Source: Candidatus Bathyarchaeota archaeon (GTDB lineage Archaea > Thermoproteota > Bathyarchaeia > Bathyarchaeales > Bathyarchaeaceae). Taken from it: 64,000 nt of DNA. The position numbers and the translations under genes are program-made. Positions within the stretch are counted from its first letter, which is position 1, and each line of letters begins with the position of its first letter. The stretch is taken from NCBI GenBank assembly GCA_963697165.1, contig CAVOMX010000012.1:96001-160000 (forward strand). The letters run 5' to 3'. Below are positions 22,633-34,664 of this stretch, one piece after another. The notes beneath the pieces were generated by a model. The model was not told where the DNA came from, made no database searches, and saw only the letters and a list, made by a program, of their open reading frames with translations.

Positions 22633-25600
22633 CAGGCAGTCACCTTTAGTTTAGCTGATACCACATGAGAATATCCATTGCGTTCATAGATTCCCCAGAC
22701 TTTCTTGGCTTTGCTAACCATCTCTGGCTTCAAAGTGATAACCACAAACTGGGACTTCATGGATTCTTCAGAGAATAGGTCTCCCAATCTTGATACGTGG
22801 AAGGGATCAAGGTGCGCGTCGATTTCGTCGAACACGTAAAATGCGGTGGGCATGAAGTCCTGCAGAGCAAAAATGAAGGCAACCGCAGACACGGATCTTT
22901 CTCCGCTGCTGGCTCCGCTTACAAGGATAGATGCTTTGTTTCGGAATTGAACATTCATATCCATTCCTCCAGCGAAGGGGTCTTCCTGATTCTCAAGTAT
23001 CAGAGCAGCTTCTCCGCCGCCTGTTAACTTTGAGAAATATTTTCTAAAGCTGTTATCAATCTTTTCAAACGCTTCCATGAAGACTGCCCGCTTTTTTCTC
23101 TCAATCTCGTCCATGAAAGCAAGGATGGCTTGTTTTTCTTTCTCCAGTTCATTCATGCGTATGGACAGTTCTTTGTAACGCGAAGCCTGCTCCGCGTAGT
23201 GATCAAGAGACAGCTGATTTACGGCGCCGAGTCGACTCATCTCAAGGCGTAGCAGTTTGAGAGATGTTTCAGCCGTTTCTAGTTGTTGCTGCGATATCGG
23301 CAAGGGTTCATCATAGCCAAGTTGAGCTAATCGTTGAGTGTGCTGTTCCCGTTTCATTTGATTTGTTTGGAGGCTGAATTGCAGCTCGTTATAAAGCCTG
23401 TCTGAACGTTCATACACGGAATCTAATTGACGTAGCTTCTTGTCTATGTCATCAATCTGGACCGTGTATTTTCTGGACTCTTGTTTTGCGTTCAAAACAG
23501 TTCGAGATAACTCTTCTTTAGTGTTTTCCAGTTCCAGAAGTTTCTTTTCCAGAACCTCTTTTTCTTTGGTAGCTTCTTTTACCTCGGTTTCTACCGTTAT
23601 AATTTGCCCCTTCATTTTTCGCAGCTGGATTCTAATATTGTCCGCGCCTATTTTGAGGATGTTCCCAAACTTGGATTCGAGAGTTGCAAGATTAGTTTCT
23701 ATGCTACCCATGCTTTGACGCGACTTGATACCCTCTTCTCCTAACTTTTCTCGTTGAATTTCCATCTCCTGAATCTTGGATGTGTCCGTTTTCAGACGTA
23801 ATTCATCTAATTCCTCGCGGAGCTTTTCCATCTCTTTGTCAAGCTCGTTACGATGTAATCTTAAATTCTCTAAGTTCGTCTTTTCTTCTTCTCTTTTTTC
23901 TTTGATTCTAAATAAATGCTTCTCGATGCGCTTGACATTTTGTCTTGTAATCTTAACATTTTGACGTACTCTTCCAATCTCTCCCCCAAGAGTCGACAAT
24001 AGTTTCAGCCATGCTGGAGATTTCTAGCCTGGTTGTTTCAATTTCTTCTTCAAAACCATTTATGTCAATCTCCCTTTTTGACAAATGCCGCTTAAGAGCT
24101 CCCACGGCTTCGTCAAGGCTCTTTACAGCTGACTCGCTAGGAATAATCGAAGAATAGTCAACTGGCGATCGATAATAACCACTTTCGAAGCCGCCCTGTG
24201 ACTCGTAAAGGTCCCCATTAACAGTGACTGTTCTGTTACCATTTCGCGAAGCGGCAAAGGCAGTTTTTTCGTCGTTTGTTACAAGTGTATCTCCGAAGAC
24301 AAAGCTTACAGCAGGCTCAAACCTTTTGGAGCAGCTAACAAAATTGGAAGCAGTGCCGCTAATTCCTCTAATCGCCGGGGTGGTGACGGAATCAATTTCA
24401 GACATTTCGTCAAGGGGAATTATCTTGATTCTACCCAGTTTCATACGTTTTAGAGTTTCAGCACACATGAATGCTGCATCAAAGTTCTGAACAACCATGG
24501 CGTCAAGCCATCCGACTGCGGCTGCTTCTACTGCTCGTTTATATCCCTTTTCTACTTTGATCAGTTTTTTGAGGCGCCCGTGAACTCCTTTAATTACGCC
24601 CAAATCTGCCATCTCTTCGATGTTCCTGAGTGCGTTTTCTTCTGTTGCAACTTTTTCAGCCATTTCTCTTTGAGCTACAAACTCCACTACTGCTTCTCGC
24701 GCGGATTCGGCAATCTTCTCTGCTTGGACAATCTCTAACTTTACAGCTTCTTCTTGCGCAAATCTTCTCTCTATTGTTCTTTCAAGATTTGTGGAGCGGT
24801 TTACCTGTTCTCTTTGAACCGTCTTGAGGTCTGCATAAGATTTTTTGAGTGCAGTAAGGTTGGATTCTAAACTATCCTTTCGTTTTACTAGTTCATTTAG
24901 TTGCCGCGTAAGAACCTTTAATGATGTTCTGCTCTGTATAACATCGCTGCGACGATTAACAAGTTCTTGTGTGTAGCTGTCTAGCTTCTGCTCAATTTCT
25001 CTTATTTTTGTGTTGTTTTCTCCCAAACTGGCTCGCAGTTTGGATGCCTCATTTGAGACCGCATCATAATCTGCCTGTTTCTGGGCAATTTCAGTTAGGA
25101 AACGTTCTCGTTCTCGCTTTAATCTTCGAATTTCATTTCGGTTGTCAGTAACCTCATGTTGCATAGATCCTAGTTTCTGTATGTTGCTCTCCATCACTTT
25201 TTTGAGTCCATCAACGCTTGCGGTTCCGGCTCCAATCTTTGTCGTTAATTCGCTTATTCTGGACCGAACTTCACCTATATTGTATTGAACCTCAAGAAGC
25301 CGCGTTCCACGCTCTTCAATCATTTCTGAACCAAGTTTTCTCCATTCTGAATCAACTTCATACCGCTGAGACCTAAGCTGTTCCCTTTGCTGTCTTGAGT
25401 TCTCAACCTTACTATGAACCGCTTCAATCTTTGTGGTTACATCATCTATCTTTCTTTGAACTTCCAAGATTTCACCGAAAATCTTCATAGCCTCAAACCG
25501 TTTGATCTCTTTTTGAAGAAACATGTAACGAAGCAGTTCGTTGCGTTCTCTTTCCAGATCATCTACCCTCTTCTGTACCTCATCTATTCTGCCCATAGCT

Positions 25601-26181
25601 GTTCGTATAGAAATATCAGCCGCCCGAAGTTTCTCTTCAGCCTCTGCCTTCTCTACATCATATTGGGCTATGCCAACCAAGTCAGAAATCATTTTTCTAC
25701 GATCTGGAGAAGAAATCTCGGCAATACGCGTGATACTTCCCTGCAAAACAACATTGTGTCCAGTTGGGCTGATGCCTGCCATAGATAGGATGTTGAGAAT
25801 GTAGGTTCTTGAAATTCTTCTTCCATTGAGACGGTAGATGCTCTGGCCCGCCCTGTTGAGTTCACGAGAAATAGTTACCGTGTTTGTGTCTACGGGTAAA
25901 CGGTTGTCAGAGTTGTCAAACTGGATAACAACTTTGGCACTATTCGCTTTTTTAACCTGTAAGTCGGGGTAACCGTGATAAATTAGTTTAGAGAAGCTTG
26001 CAGCGCGCATTCTTCTAGCGCTGAGTTCGCCTAAGCCAAAGAGGACGGCGTCTGCAATGTTTGTTTTTCCGCTTCCGTTCGGTCCCGTAATAGCTGTGAA
26101 GCCCTTATCTAACGTAACGGTGGCGGTTTTCGGACCGAAGGACTTGAAGCCTTTTAGCTCAATTTTCTTAATGTAAGGCAT
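22632..26181 (-). CDS. smc: Chromosome segregation protein SMC (indel at ~23995)
   Basis: GFKSF, GPNGSGKT Walker A, coiled coils, hinge domain, SSGERS signature, FDEIDAHLD. Confidence 0.95.
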
Positions 26182-26326
26182 CTTTCTCTAATTCGCCCTC
26201 GGTTTTTTTGCATATGCGGGAATTAACCTAACGTTTTTCACAACTTTTCTGTAATACCTTCTATAAATAAGCTGTGTTTAGAAAAAGAGGTTTAAACTAA
26301 CTGATACAAAAGTTTAGATGCCTTCT

Positions 26327-26845
26327 TCACCTGTTTCTGGAGCCGCGGAACTGTTCCGCCATACTTTTAACAAATGATTTAATGTTGTCTCTGTTGCCGT
26401 AAACAATCATGTACCCTTTTTCCTGCTTTTTGTAAGAAAGTTTGCTTTTTGTCACAAGTTTTTTTACGGCTTCGAGGGGTGTATCTTCTGAAATTTGGAT
26501 TCGCACCCAATTCTTGTCTCGGGGAAAGCCGTGGATAAATCTGGAAGACGCCTCCCGTTTTTCCTTCTTTTCCACTCTTATTGGATCTTCGAGTTTTTTG
26601 AGCCACTCTTCTGCAATTTCTGTTTCCAGCTTTTCTGCGGCGAAGATGGCGTACGATTCAACACTTCTCAGGTATGTTTCAATTCTAGAGATGCTTTCTG
26701 TGTGTGTTGGGTCAGCTTTTAGAATTTGGATTATTGTCTTGGCTGAGCGCAGGTCATCCATGATTTCTACAGGAGTCTTCTTGCCCCTTTCTTGCAGTTC
26801 TATCAGGAAGTCAGCCAAAATTTTCCATTTTTCTTCATAACTCAT
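26327..26845 (-). CDS. DUF2096-like archaeal protein
   Basis: WKILADF...DLRSAKTII pattern typical of the family. Confidence 0.65.
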   Translation of the reverse strand: MSYEEKWKILADFLIELQERGKKTPVEIMDDLRSAKTIIQILKADPTHTESISRIETYLRSVESYAIFAAEKLETEIAEEWLKKLEDPIRVEKKEKREASSRFIHGFPRDKNWVRIQISEDTPLEAVKKLVTKSKLSYKKQEKGYMIVYGNRDNIKSFVKSMAEQFRGSRNR

Positions 26846-27186
26846 TTTGTATTTCATCTCTCTATTCACTATGGTTTCTGGTGCATATTGCTGACTAAAA
26901 AGCCGTTAAGCCTCAGATAAAATAAACCTTTTTGAGGCGTTTGCCTTGTTTTTTGGGTGGAAGAATAAAATAATCAATAACAATCTGTCATCAATTGTTA
27001 TTCATTACCCAACTCCATTATGCAGTCTGCTAAATTCGTAGTCTTGTTTCTCCTCAAATTTTAATTCTAGCCTAGATTACAATTTTTTAGATTATTTTGC
27101 TCTATTACTTGCGCTGGTGAAACCATCACACCAAAAAATGTCTGAAACAGGATTTTTTAGACAAAAAACCACAACCCAGTGTTAGT

Positions 27187-27264
27187 TGGTAGCGGGGAGT
27201 TGATTTGAACAACCGATCTCTGGGTTATGAGCCCAGCGGGTTCACCTGGCTACCCCACCCCGCT
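27187..27264 (-). tRNA. Initiator tRNA-Met (CAT), CCA encoded, no intron
   Basis: Reverse complement AGCGGGGTGGGGTAGCCAGGTGAACCCGCTGGGCTCATAACCCAGAGATCGGTTGTTCAAATCAACTCCCCGCTACCA; A1:U72, three G-C pairs in the anticodon stem, TTCAAAT T-loop. Confidence 0.96.
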
Positions 27265-27458
27265 ACATTCAGGCTATGAGCTTTTGCCAGACTAACTTTC
27301 TAGCCCGATGGATACCTTTGTCGCACTCTTTCTTAAGCTTTACTTTATACAATGTTTAATTTCAACTTAAAGGTGGTCATAGAGACAATAATGTAGTTAA
27401 AGTAGTGACGAAAATCCTTTAACAAGCCTTAAATCCCATAACTCTAAAACCAGAATAC

Positions 27459-28817
27459 ATGACCAAAAAATTAACCGTAGACGAACTTCTTGAAAAAGCA
27501 AAGAAACCCGCCAAATTGGCGTTAGCTTATCATCCTTTCTACGAGGGAAAAGTTCAGGTTATGCCCAAATGTGTTATACGTAATTCACAAGACTTCGCAA
27601 TATGGTACACTCCAGGTGTGGCTGCCTCCTGCAAAGCCATACAAGATGACCCCGAACAGGTTTTCACTCAAACGAGCCGCGGGAACTACGTGGCAATAGT
27701 AAGCGACGGAACACGGGTCCTCGGATTGGGCGACATAGGTCCAGAAGCTGCACTGCCTGTTATGGAGGGAAAAGCTTTGCTCTTCAAATATCTGGGCGGA
27801 GTAGATGCCTTTCCCATATGTTTGGCAACCAAAAACCCAGACGATATAGTTACTGCATGTAAGTGGCTGGAGCCCACCTTCGGAGGCATAAACTTGGAAG
27901 ACATATCCAAACCCAAATGCTTCCATGTTCTAAACAATGCCCGCGAAGAACTCAACATTCCCGTCTGGCACGACGACCAGCAGGGAACCGCCACGGTCAT
28001 CTTGGCTGGTCTCATCAACGCCCTCAAGCTGGTGGGAAAAAGTATGAGCCAAGCAAAAATTGCTATGCTGGGAGTGGGCGCAGCTAATACACGAACTGCT
28101 CTGGTTCTAATGAGGGCGGGAGTTAAAGCCGGCAACATTGTAATGGTGGATCGGAACGGTATTCTTCATCCAAACCGAAAGGATGTGGAAGCTAAAAAGG
28201 AAGAGAATCCTTGGAAGTGGCAGTTTTGTCTAGAAACCAACAGTGAAGGAAAAACTGGTGATGCTGCTGAGGCACTAAAGGGTGCAGACGTCTGTATAGC
28301 TGCGGCTAAGCCGGGTCCGGGCACAATCAAGAAGCCTTGGGTAGCTGAAATGGCGACTGATTCAATAGTTTTTGCGTGCGCGAATCCTATTCCCGAGATT
28401 TGGCCTTGGGAAGCAAAGGATGCAGGAGCAAAGATTGTAGCCACGGGGCGTTCGGACTTTGATAATCAGATAAACAATTCGTTGGGTTTTCCCGCTATCT
28501 TCAGGGGAGTTCTTGACGTGAAGGCAAAGACTGTTACTGACGCTATGTGTATTGCCGCGGCGAATGAGTTGGCTTGTTTTGCGGAGGAGCGGGGAATCAA
28601 CGAGACTGACATAGTTCCGCGGATGGATGAGTGGGAGGTCTTTCCCCGAGAGGCTGTGGCTTGTGCTTTGGAGTCTATTAAGGAGGGTGTTGCCCGAGTT
28701 AAACCAAGCAGGCAAGAACTTTGGGAAAGGGCGACCCGTATCATTAAGAATGCTCGGGACTCAACTGAAATGCTGATGAAGAAGGGGCTTATTCCGCCTC
28801 CCCCAGAGGATATTTGA
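27459..28817 (+). CDS. NAD(P)-dependent malic enzyme
   Basis: YTPGVA, DGTRVLGLG, VMEGKALLFK, NLEDI, HDDQQGTA, ANPIPEI, NNSLGFP. Confidence 0.95.
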   Translation: MTKKLTVDELLEKAKKPAKLALAYHPFYEGKVQVMPKCVIRNSQDFAIWYTPGVAASCKAIQDDPEQVFTQTSRGNYVAIVSDGTRVLGLGDIGPEAALPVMEGKALLFKYLGGVDAFPICLATKNPDDIVTACKWLEPTFGGINLEDISKPKCFHVLNNAREELNIPVWHDDQQGTATVILAGLINALKLVGKSMSQAKIAMLGVGAANTRTALVLMRAGVKAGNIVMVDRNGILHPNRKDVEAKKEENPWKWQFCLETNSEGKTGDAAEALKGADVCIAAAKPGPGTIKKPWVAEMATDSIVFACANPIPEIWPWEAKDAGAKIVATGRSDFDNQINNSLGFPAIFRGVLDVKAKTVTDAMCIAAANELACFAEERGINETDIVPRMDEWEVFPREAVACALESIKEGVARVKPSRQELWERATRIIKNARDSTEMLMKKGLIPPPPEDI

Positions 28818-29092
28818 GAATAAGCTTGTTGTTGGGTCTGTTGGGGGCACCCACAATTCTTTCTTTATGTTTTGTTTCTTCAGTAAAGTGTATAACATAG
28901 TTATAATTAATTATCTGAGTTTAGTATAAGATTTTTTATAATGCCAACGTAGGCTAATTTAACAAAGCACAGCTAAATCAATAGTATCAACGTTTTCATG
29001 AAAAAAGCAAAAAACCAAAGATACAGAGTTAAATTTTTGGGGTTAAAATTTAGCCCCAAACCCAAAAACATGTTTCGTCATTTGCTCATTGG

Positions 29093-29575
29093 TTATGCTG
29101 GAATGTTTATTGGTGATTTTATTATATTGTTTGCTTCTATGATCCATTTTGAGATTTGTGTTATCGGGATTCCAGTTTTTTCTGAAAGATGTTTGGGGGA
29201 ACGTTTTGCCAAATCAGAAGTTGTTTTTACTCCTGCCATTTCTAACTCTTTTGCCCTTTTTGAGCCTATTCCTTTTATTTCAGTTAAATTTGATATGTCT
29301 GGAGTTACTTGAGCGTGGTCTAGTTTTTTTTGGGATTCACCAACAGCGTTTGAAGTCTTGATTAGAGGTTCTTCGCATGGATTTTTGTTATAACCAAATA
29401 TAAGTTTAGTTTTAATAATTATTTTTTCCCACTTTTTCTGAAGCATATTGTATCTGAAAATGTGTTCGTTATGATTTTCAAGGCAGCCATAATAGAGGAG
29501 GTTATCAGTGTTTTCGGTTAGAGCCATTTTGCCTCTGCAGTTTTTTTCTGCACAAGGTAATGTTTGTATTACCAT
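29093..29575 (-). CDS. Protein with C-terminal helix-hairpin-helix (DUF4332-like) and N-terminal Cys/His cluster
   Basis: LTEIKGIGSKRAKELEMAGV...DLA...WI. Confidence 0.7.
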   Translation of the reverse strand: MVIQTLPCAEKNCRGKMALTENTDNLLYYGCLENHNEHIFRYNMLQKKWEKIIIKTKLIFGYNKNPCEEPLIKTSNAVGESQKKLDHAQVTPDISNLTEIKGIGSKRAKELEMAGVKTTSDLAKRSPKHLSEKTGIPITQISKWIIEANNIIKSPINIPA

Positions 29576-29978
29576 GAGATATCACATTTATTAATATTCC
29601 ATATACACATAAAAATATTATTGTTTAGAAATCTACTCTTAAAGACGTCATAGATAGGACAGAATTAGTGACTAAACGTTAGTTAAAAAGAACAAGCCTG
29701 ACACTATAAAAATGCAATATTTAACCTAACTACCCTTTTTGTTATTTATGTGAGAGAGCTAAGCGCAGGCGGGCGGAAGAGCAGGGGTAAACAGTAAATG
29801 TACACAGGTTCGAATATACACACATTTGAACACGACCGCGCATGGGTTTGGATGGGAGGTTAAAATTTAACAACCAACCAACCATTGCTTATGATAGTTG
29901 ACGCCTCAAACTGAGAATAGAAAGCAGCTATATATCTAAACATTCATCCGATAAATTAGAAATAATGAGGTTAGCTTA

Positions 29979-30707
29979 ATGTACTATGAGGATCTTTTAA
30001 TTGGGCATAAAGCATTCTGGAAAATAGAACGAAGCGCTAAGCATTACGATATTTACATGAGAGAACTAAAAAATTGGGAAAAATGGCCAGATTCCGTGTC
30101 AATAGATGAAATAGAGAAGCTTTTACAATTTATTTCCAAATGGGACAGACAATTTAAAGGCAAAAATCCAACAAAATTCGCTGAGATATTCAAACAAATT
30201 CTCCCAACTATCAAGGAGTTAAAAAATGAGAAACTGGAAAATGCAAAATTTACTTCCGAATTTTTACAAAAAATCAGAGCTATTTTTGATAAAGTGACTA
30301 AAGGTCAAGGTCATTACGAGTCCACAGACTGTTCAAAAATTTTACATACAATTCTTCCTCATCTGATTGTAATGTGGGACAGAAAAATCCGTCTAGGAAT
30401 TCTAGGGAACGAAAACAAAAAAAGGGGCTCAATGTATGCTTTAGATTTTCTGCCAAAAATGCAAAATGAATTGTTCGAAGCTATTAATACCTGTATGGAG
30501 GAAAAGAAATTAGAACGAGAAGAAGCCATCAAATACATTCGACAAGAATGCGGTAATGAAACTCTTCCAAAACTTATTGATGAACACAATTATGTGACCC
30601 ATACTGAAACCATCGAGTTCAAATATTATCTAGAAAAAAATAAGGAGGATGGTAAAATATCCGCCAATGACTTTAAAAGATTGGTTCAAAAATTGCCATC
30701 ACATTAA
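29979..30707 (+). CDS. Hypothetical protein with a DNA-glycosylase-like SKxLH..P..WD motif
   Basis: 242-aa AT-rich ORF containing SKILHTILPHLIVMWDRKIR. Confidence 0.6.
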   Translation: MYYEDLLIGHKAFWKIERSAKHYDIYMRELKNWEKWPDSVSIDEIEKLLQFISKWDRQFKGKNPTKFAEIFKQILPTIKELKNEKLENAKFTSEFLQKIRAIFDKVTKGQGHYESTDCSKILHTILPHLIVMWDRKIRLGILGNENKKRGSMYALDFLPKMQNELFEAINTCMEEKKLEREEAIKYIRQECGNETLPKLIDEHNYVTHTETIEFKYYLEKNKEDGKISANDFKRLVQKLPSH

Positions 30708-30868
30708 TATTGGTTTTTCTTTTCATAATCAGACGACAAGGGTATTCCAAAACCTTATTCAAGCCACTTGGCGTGAGTTTTTTTGGTTAAATTTTAATTT
30801 CCAAACCCAAACTGATTTTGTTAAGGTCTGTGGAAAAAAATTTAAGCGTGATAATACAAAGTACACTT

Positions 30869-31165
30869 GTGAGTTCTCAAGCTTCTCGTGCATATGTTCT
30901 AGTGGAACTTTATCCTGGAAAGGAGAAAGAGTTCTGCGAAGAAATCATAGATAAAGGACTTATTTTGGACTCTAAAGTGGAACGAACAGATTTTGTTCAC
31001 GGATCTTACGACTTCATCTGTGTATTAAATGGAAATATATCAGACATTGACAGAAGAATCATTGAATTAAGAAGATCCCTGTATATACGCAAAACTGTAA
31101 CTCTCATTTGCTTTGACATGTTCACGTGGGATGAATTAAAAAAGAAAGTAGACGAAGAAAAATAG
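30869..31165 (+). CDS. Stand-alone Lrp/AsnC ligand-binding (RAM) domain protein
   Basis: AYVLV...G.E...VHGSYDFI...I..TVTLI. Confidence 0.75.
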   Translation: MSSQASRAYVLVELYPGKEKEFCEEIIDKGLILDSKVERTDFVHGSYDFICVLNGNISDIDRRIIELRRSLYIRKTVTLICFDMFTWDELKKKVDEEK

Positions 31166-31522
31166 AAAACTTTTTACAAAAACTTAAACTTTTTCAAATA
31201 TCAAATTAAAAAGTGAGGTTTTGTAGATCATCGAATATCCCTTCTAAGAAATGGCTAAAGCCCTTCCTCTCGCCTTATTTTTTCTGATAAAAATCGAGAA
31301 TGCTCAAAAAGCTGGAATGTAGAAGTTTTTGTGCCTCTGCTCTTTAGCTTAAGATATTCCCATATCTATGTTTCAAATATGCTTTCAAAAAGTATTTTAG
31401 ACATCAACTGATCAATATTATGTCATAATTATAAACTTTTATATGATCAACTTAGATAAAATTAAATAGAGAGCAAACTATTTAGGTTATATATGAAATT
31501 TTTGTCTGTTGGAGGTTTGTAA

Positions 31523-31765
31523 TTGGGTAACCAAACTAAACCTGACCGAAACCTTGACTGCATAGGTCTTTACTGTCCTGAACCCGTATTTAGGACCCGT
31601 CAGGAAATCGACAAACTGGATGTAGGCGAAGTTCTGGAGGTAATCGCAGACGACCCAGCTGCTGAGGAAGACATACCCCGTCTGGTCAAGAGGCTTGGTC
31701 TTGAAATCGTTGAGATGCGTAAAGAAAAAGACCAACTTCATTTTGTCATCAAAAAAATAAAATAG
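31523..31765 (+). CDS. tusA: Sulfurtransferase TusA family
   Basis: LDCIGLYCPEPV...LEVIADDPAAEEDI. Confidence 0.92.
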   Translation: MGNQTKPDRNLDCIGLYCPEPVFRTRQEIDKLDVGEVLEVIADDPAAEEDIPRLVKRLGLEIVEMRKEKDQLHFVIKKIK

Positions 31766-31780
31766 GAAGTATTTTAGAAG

Positions 31781-32956
31781 TTGCGAAAAGTGTATATGGA
31801 TAACGGGGCTGGGATGCCCTTAGATTCTAGGGTATTCGAAGCCATGAACCAGTATTTAATGGAGGATTACGGAAATCCTTCATCATCCCATTCTTTTGGA
31901 AACAGCGCCAAAGAAGCTTTAGCTACTTCAAGAGAGCAGGTTGCCCAGCTGGTGGCTGCAGAGACTTGTCGAGAAATCATCTTTACTTCAGGAGGCACAG
32001 AATCCAACAATCTGGCGATTAAAGGGGTTGCTTACCGTAATCGGGAGAAAGGCAACCATGTAATCACCACAGCAATCGAACACATCTCAGTGATAAACAT
32101 CTGCAAGTATCTTCAGAAGCAGGGCTTCGAAGTAACCTATGTTCCCGTGGACAAACAGGGCGTGGTTGACCTCGAAAAACTCAAAGCCGCAATAAACAAC
32201 AAAACATGCCTCATTTCAGTCCAGTATGCGAATGGCGAGATTGGAACAATTCAGCCGATAAGCGAGATTGGAAAGTTAGCCAAAGAAAAAAATGTCCTGT
32301 TTCATGTGGATGCTGTGGCTGCGACAGGAAAGGTGCCCATTAACGTTGGAGAAGATAACATTGACCTTCTGTCCATTTCTTCAAATGACATGTATGGACC
32401 CAAAGGCGTGGGAGCCCTTTACATAAAAAAGGGAACAAAAATTGTGCCAATCATTCAGGGCGGCGGTCAAGAGAATGGATTACGTTCAGGAACAGAAAAC
32501 ATTCCGGGCATAGTCGGTATTGGAGCGGCAGCTGAGCTTGCACAAGCAGAGATGGAATCCGAGAGCAAACGCTTGATTGGATTGCGGGACAAACTGATTA
32601 AGGGCGTTCTGGACACGATTGATCACTCTTTTTTGAATGGTCACCCAACAATGAGGCTTCCCAACAACGCTAACCTCAGGTTTAGTTATATAGAAGGCGA
32701 GTCTCTCATTTTAGGTCTAGACATGAATGGAATTCAAGTATCCTCCGGCTCTGCATGCACATCAAAAACATTGGAGCCATCCCATGTGCTGTTGGCTATC
32801 GGCTTAGCTCACGAGGAGGCTCATGGGTCTCTTGTATTTACCATGGGCAAACAGAACTCTGGGGAGGATGTGGATTACGTGATAGAAGTATTACCCGATG
32901 TGGTGAAACGATTGCGGGCGCTTTCGCCCCTAACTCCGAAGGAAATCTTGAGGTGA
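31781..32956 (+). CDS. iscS: Cysteine desulfurase IscS/NifS
   Basis: YGNPSS, FTSGGTESNN, GPKGVGAL, RSGTEN, SSGSACTS. Confidence 0.95.
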   Translation: MRKVYMDNGAGMPLDSRVFEAMNQYLMEDYGNPSSSHSFGNSAKEALATSREQVAQLVAAETCREIIFTSGGTESNNLAIKGVAYRNREKGNHVITTAIEHISVINICKYLQKQGFEVTYVPVDKQGVVDLEKLKAAINNKTCLISVQYANGEIGTIQPISEIGKLAKEKNVLFHVDAVAATGKVPINVGEDNIDLLSISSNDMYGPKGVGALYIKKGTKIVPIIQGGGQENGLRSGTENIPGIVGIGAAAELAQAEMESESKRLIGLRDKLIKGVLDTIDHSFLNGHPTMRLPNNANLRFSYIEGESLILGLDMNGIQVSSGSACTSKTLEPSHVLLAIGLAHEEAHGSLVFTMGKQNSGEDVDYVIEVLPDVVKRLRALSPLTPKEILR

Positions 32957-32959
32957 AAA

Positions 32960-33346
32960 ATGGGAATGTATAGCGAAAAGGTTATGGATCATTTCATGAA
33001 ACCCCGAAACGTAGGCGAGATTCCAGACGCGGACGGCGTTGGAACCGTCGGCAATCCCGTCTGCGGGGACCTCATGACTATGTACATCAAAGTGAAAGAC
33101 AACAAGCTGACGGATGTTAAGTTCAAGACTTTTGGTTGCGGAGCAGCCATTGCCACAAGCAGCATGACCACCGAGCTTGCAATCGGAAAAACTATTGAAG
33201 AAGCAATGAAGATTACTCGCGCTGAGGTAGCCGAGAACCTTGGAGGTCTTCCTCCCATCAAGATGCACTGCTCAAACCTAGCCGCAGACGCTCTACATGA
33301 AGCAATCAAAGATTACCAGAAGAAACAAAAAGAAGCAAAAAAATAG
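32960..33346 (+). CDS. iscU: Fe-S cluster scaffold IscU/NifU
   Basis: GNPVCGD, FGCGAAIA, LPPIKMHCS. Confidence 0.95.
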   Translation: MGMYSEKVMDHFMKPRNVGEIPDADGVGTVGNPVCGDLMTMYIKVKDNKLTDVKFKTFGCGAAIATSSMTTELAIGKTIEEAMKITRAEVAENLGGLPPIKMHCSNLAADALHEAIKDYQKKQKEAKK

Positions 33347-33535
33347 CCATTCTACTGATCACTGCCATAGTAGGAGACTAATAACAGAGCATTGTTGAAA
33401 ACAACCTTTTTTCTGTTTTTCGCACTTGGAGTTTACCAAAAAAACTCTTCAACAACTCTTTCTCAAACTAGGTCAATTCCCTACATTTGACAAGGCTTAT
33501 AGGAGAAATGGATCTTTAAGAAAAGAAGAGCGGGC

Positions 33536-34658
33536 ATGTCTTCAAAACTGATTGTGGTCAAGGTTGGAACTGGAAGCTTAACCAAGAGCAACGGAATTCT
33601 TGACATAGAATTGATGCGCAGACTGGTTGACCAAATAGCCGCGGCAATCAAGCAGGGAAACAAAATCGTTTTTGTAACTTCCGGAGCCGTAGCCGCTGGC
33701 ATAGCCGAGCTTGGCATACCCCCAAAACCAAACGACATCGTCTTCCAGCAGGTCTCAGCGGCAGCCGGACAGAGCATAATCATGTCCACATACCGCGAAC
33801 TTTTCGGGAAGCATGACCTGAAGGTTGCCCAAATCTTGCTCACCGCAGAGGACCTGTCTAACAGAGCCGCCTACCTGCATATCTGTGACGTCTTAGAACT
33901 GGTTCTGCAGTTAGGAATTGTTCCAATCATCAACGAGAACGACGTAACATCAACAGACGAGCTGGTTCCCGTAACAAAAGGTTACGAAGTGAACTTCAGC
34001 GACAACGATATCCTATCCGTTCTTGTGGCTAACGCCCTAGAAGCAGACATGGTCATTATCCTGTCTAACGTAGACGGCTTATACACGATGAACCCCAAAA
34101 AACAGGATGCAAAACTGATCAAAACAGTCGAAACAATCACACCCGAACTCAGATGCGAAATCGAAGGAAAGAGTAGGCTGGGTAGAGGCGGCATGAAAAC
34201 GAAACTTAAAGCCGCAGAAATCGCCACATCCAGCGGTGTGCCCTTGGTGATAGCTAACAGCAACAAAGAAAATGTAATCATTAACATACTTGCGGGAAAG
34301 CCGATAGGAACATTCTTCAAACCACAAGAGCGGTTGCCATCAATAAAACGGTGGATCGCTTATCGGCGCTTCAGTGAAGGGACAAATCTTTGTAAATGAG
34401 GGAGCTAAGAAGGCGATTTTGCAGGGCGCTAGCCTTCTTCCTGTGGGCGTGATTAAGATCACGGGAACATTCAATGAGGGCGACGTGGTTAGCTTGCTGG
34501 ATCAGGATGGTGTCGAGTTTGCGAAGGGCAACCCGAACTATAACAGCGGCGAAATCAGCATCATAAAAGGCTTAAAAACAAATCAGACAAAAAATGCTCT
34601 TGGGTACATACGTCACAAAGAGGTTGTCGCCCGAAAAAACATCTGCATAATGAAGTGA
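33536..34658 (+). CDS. proB: Glutamate 5-kinase with PUA domain (indel at ~34365)
   Basis: VVKVGTGSL, TSGAVAAG, PIINEND, DNDIL, GGMKTKL; PUA domain SLLPVGV. Confidence 0.94.
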
Positions 34659-34664
34659 AAAATT

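Noticed and set aside
27120..27300. tRNA-iMet as an integration site or intron-containing tRNA
   Set aside because: No integrase, no duplicated 3' end noticed, and the anticodon arm is uninterrupted.
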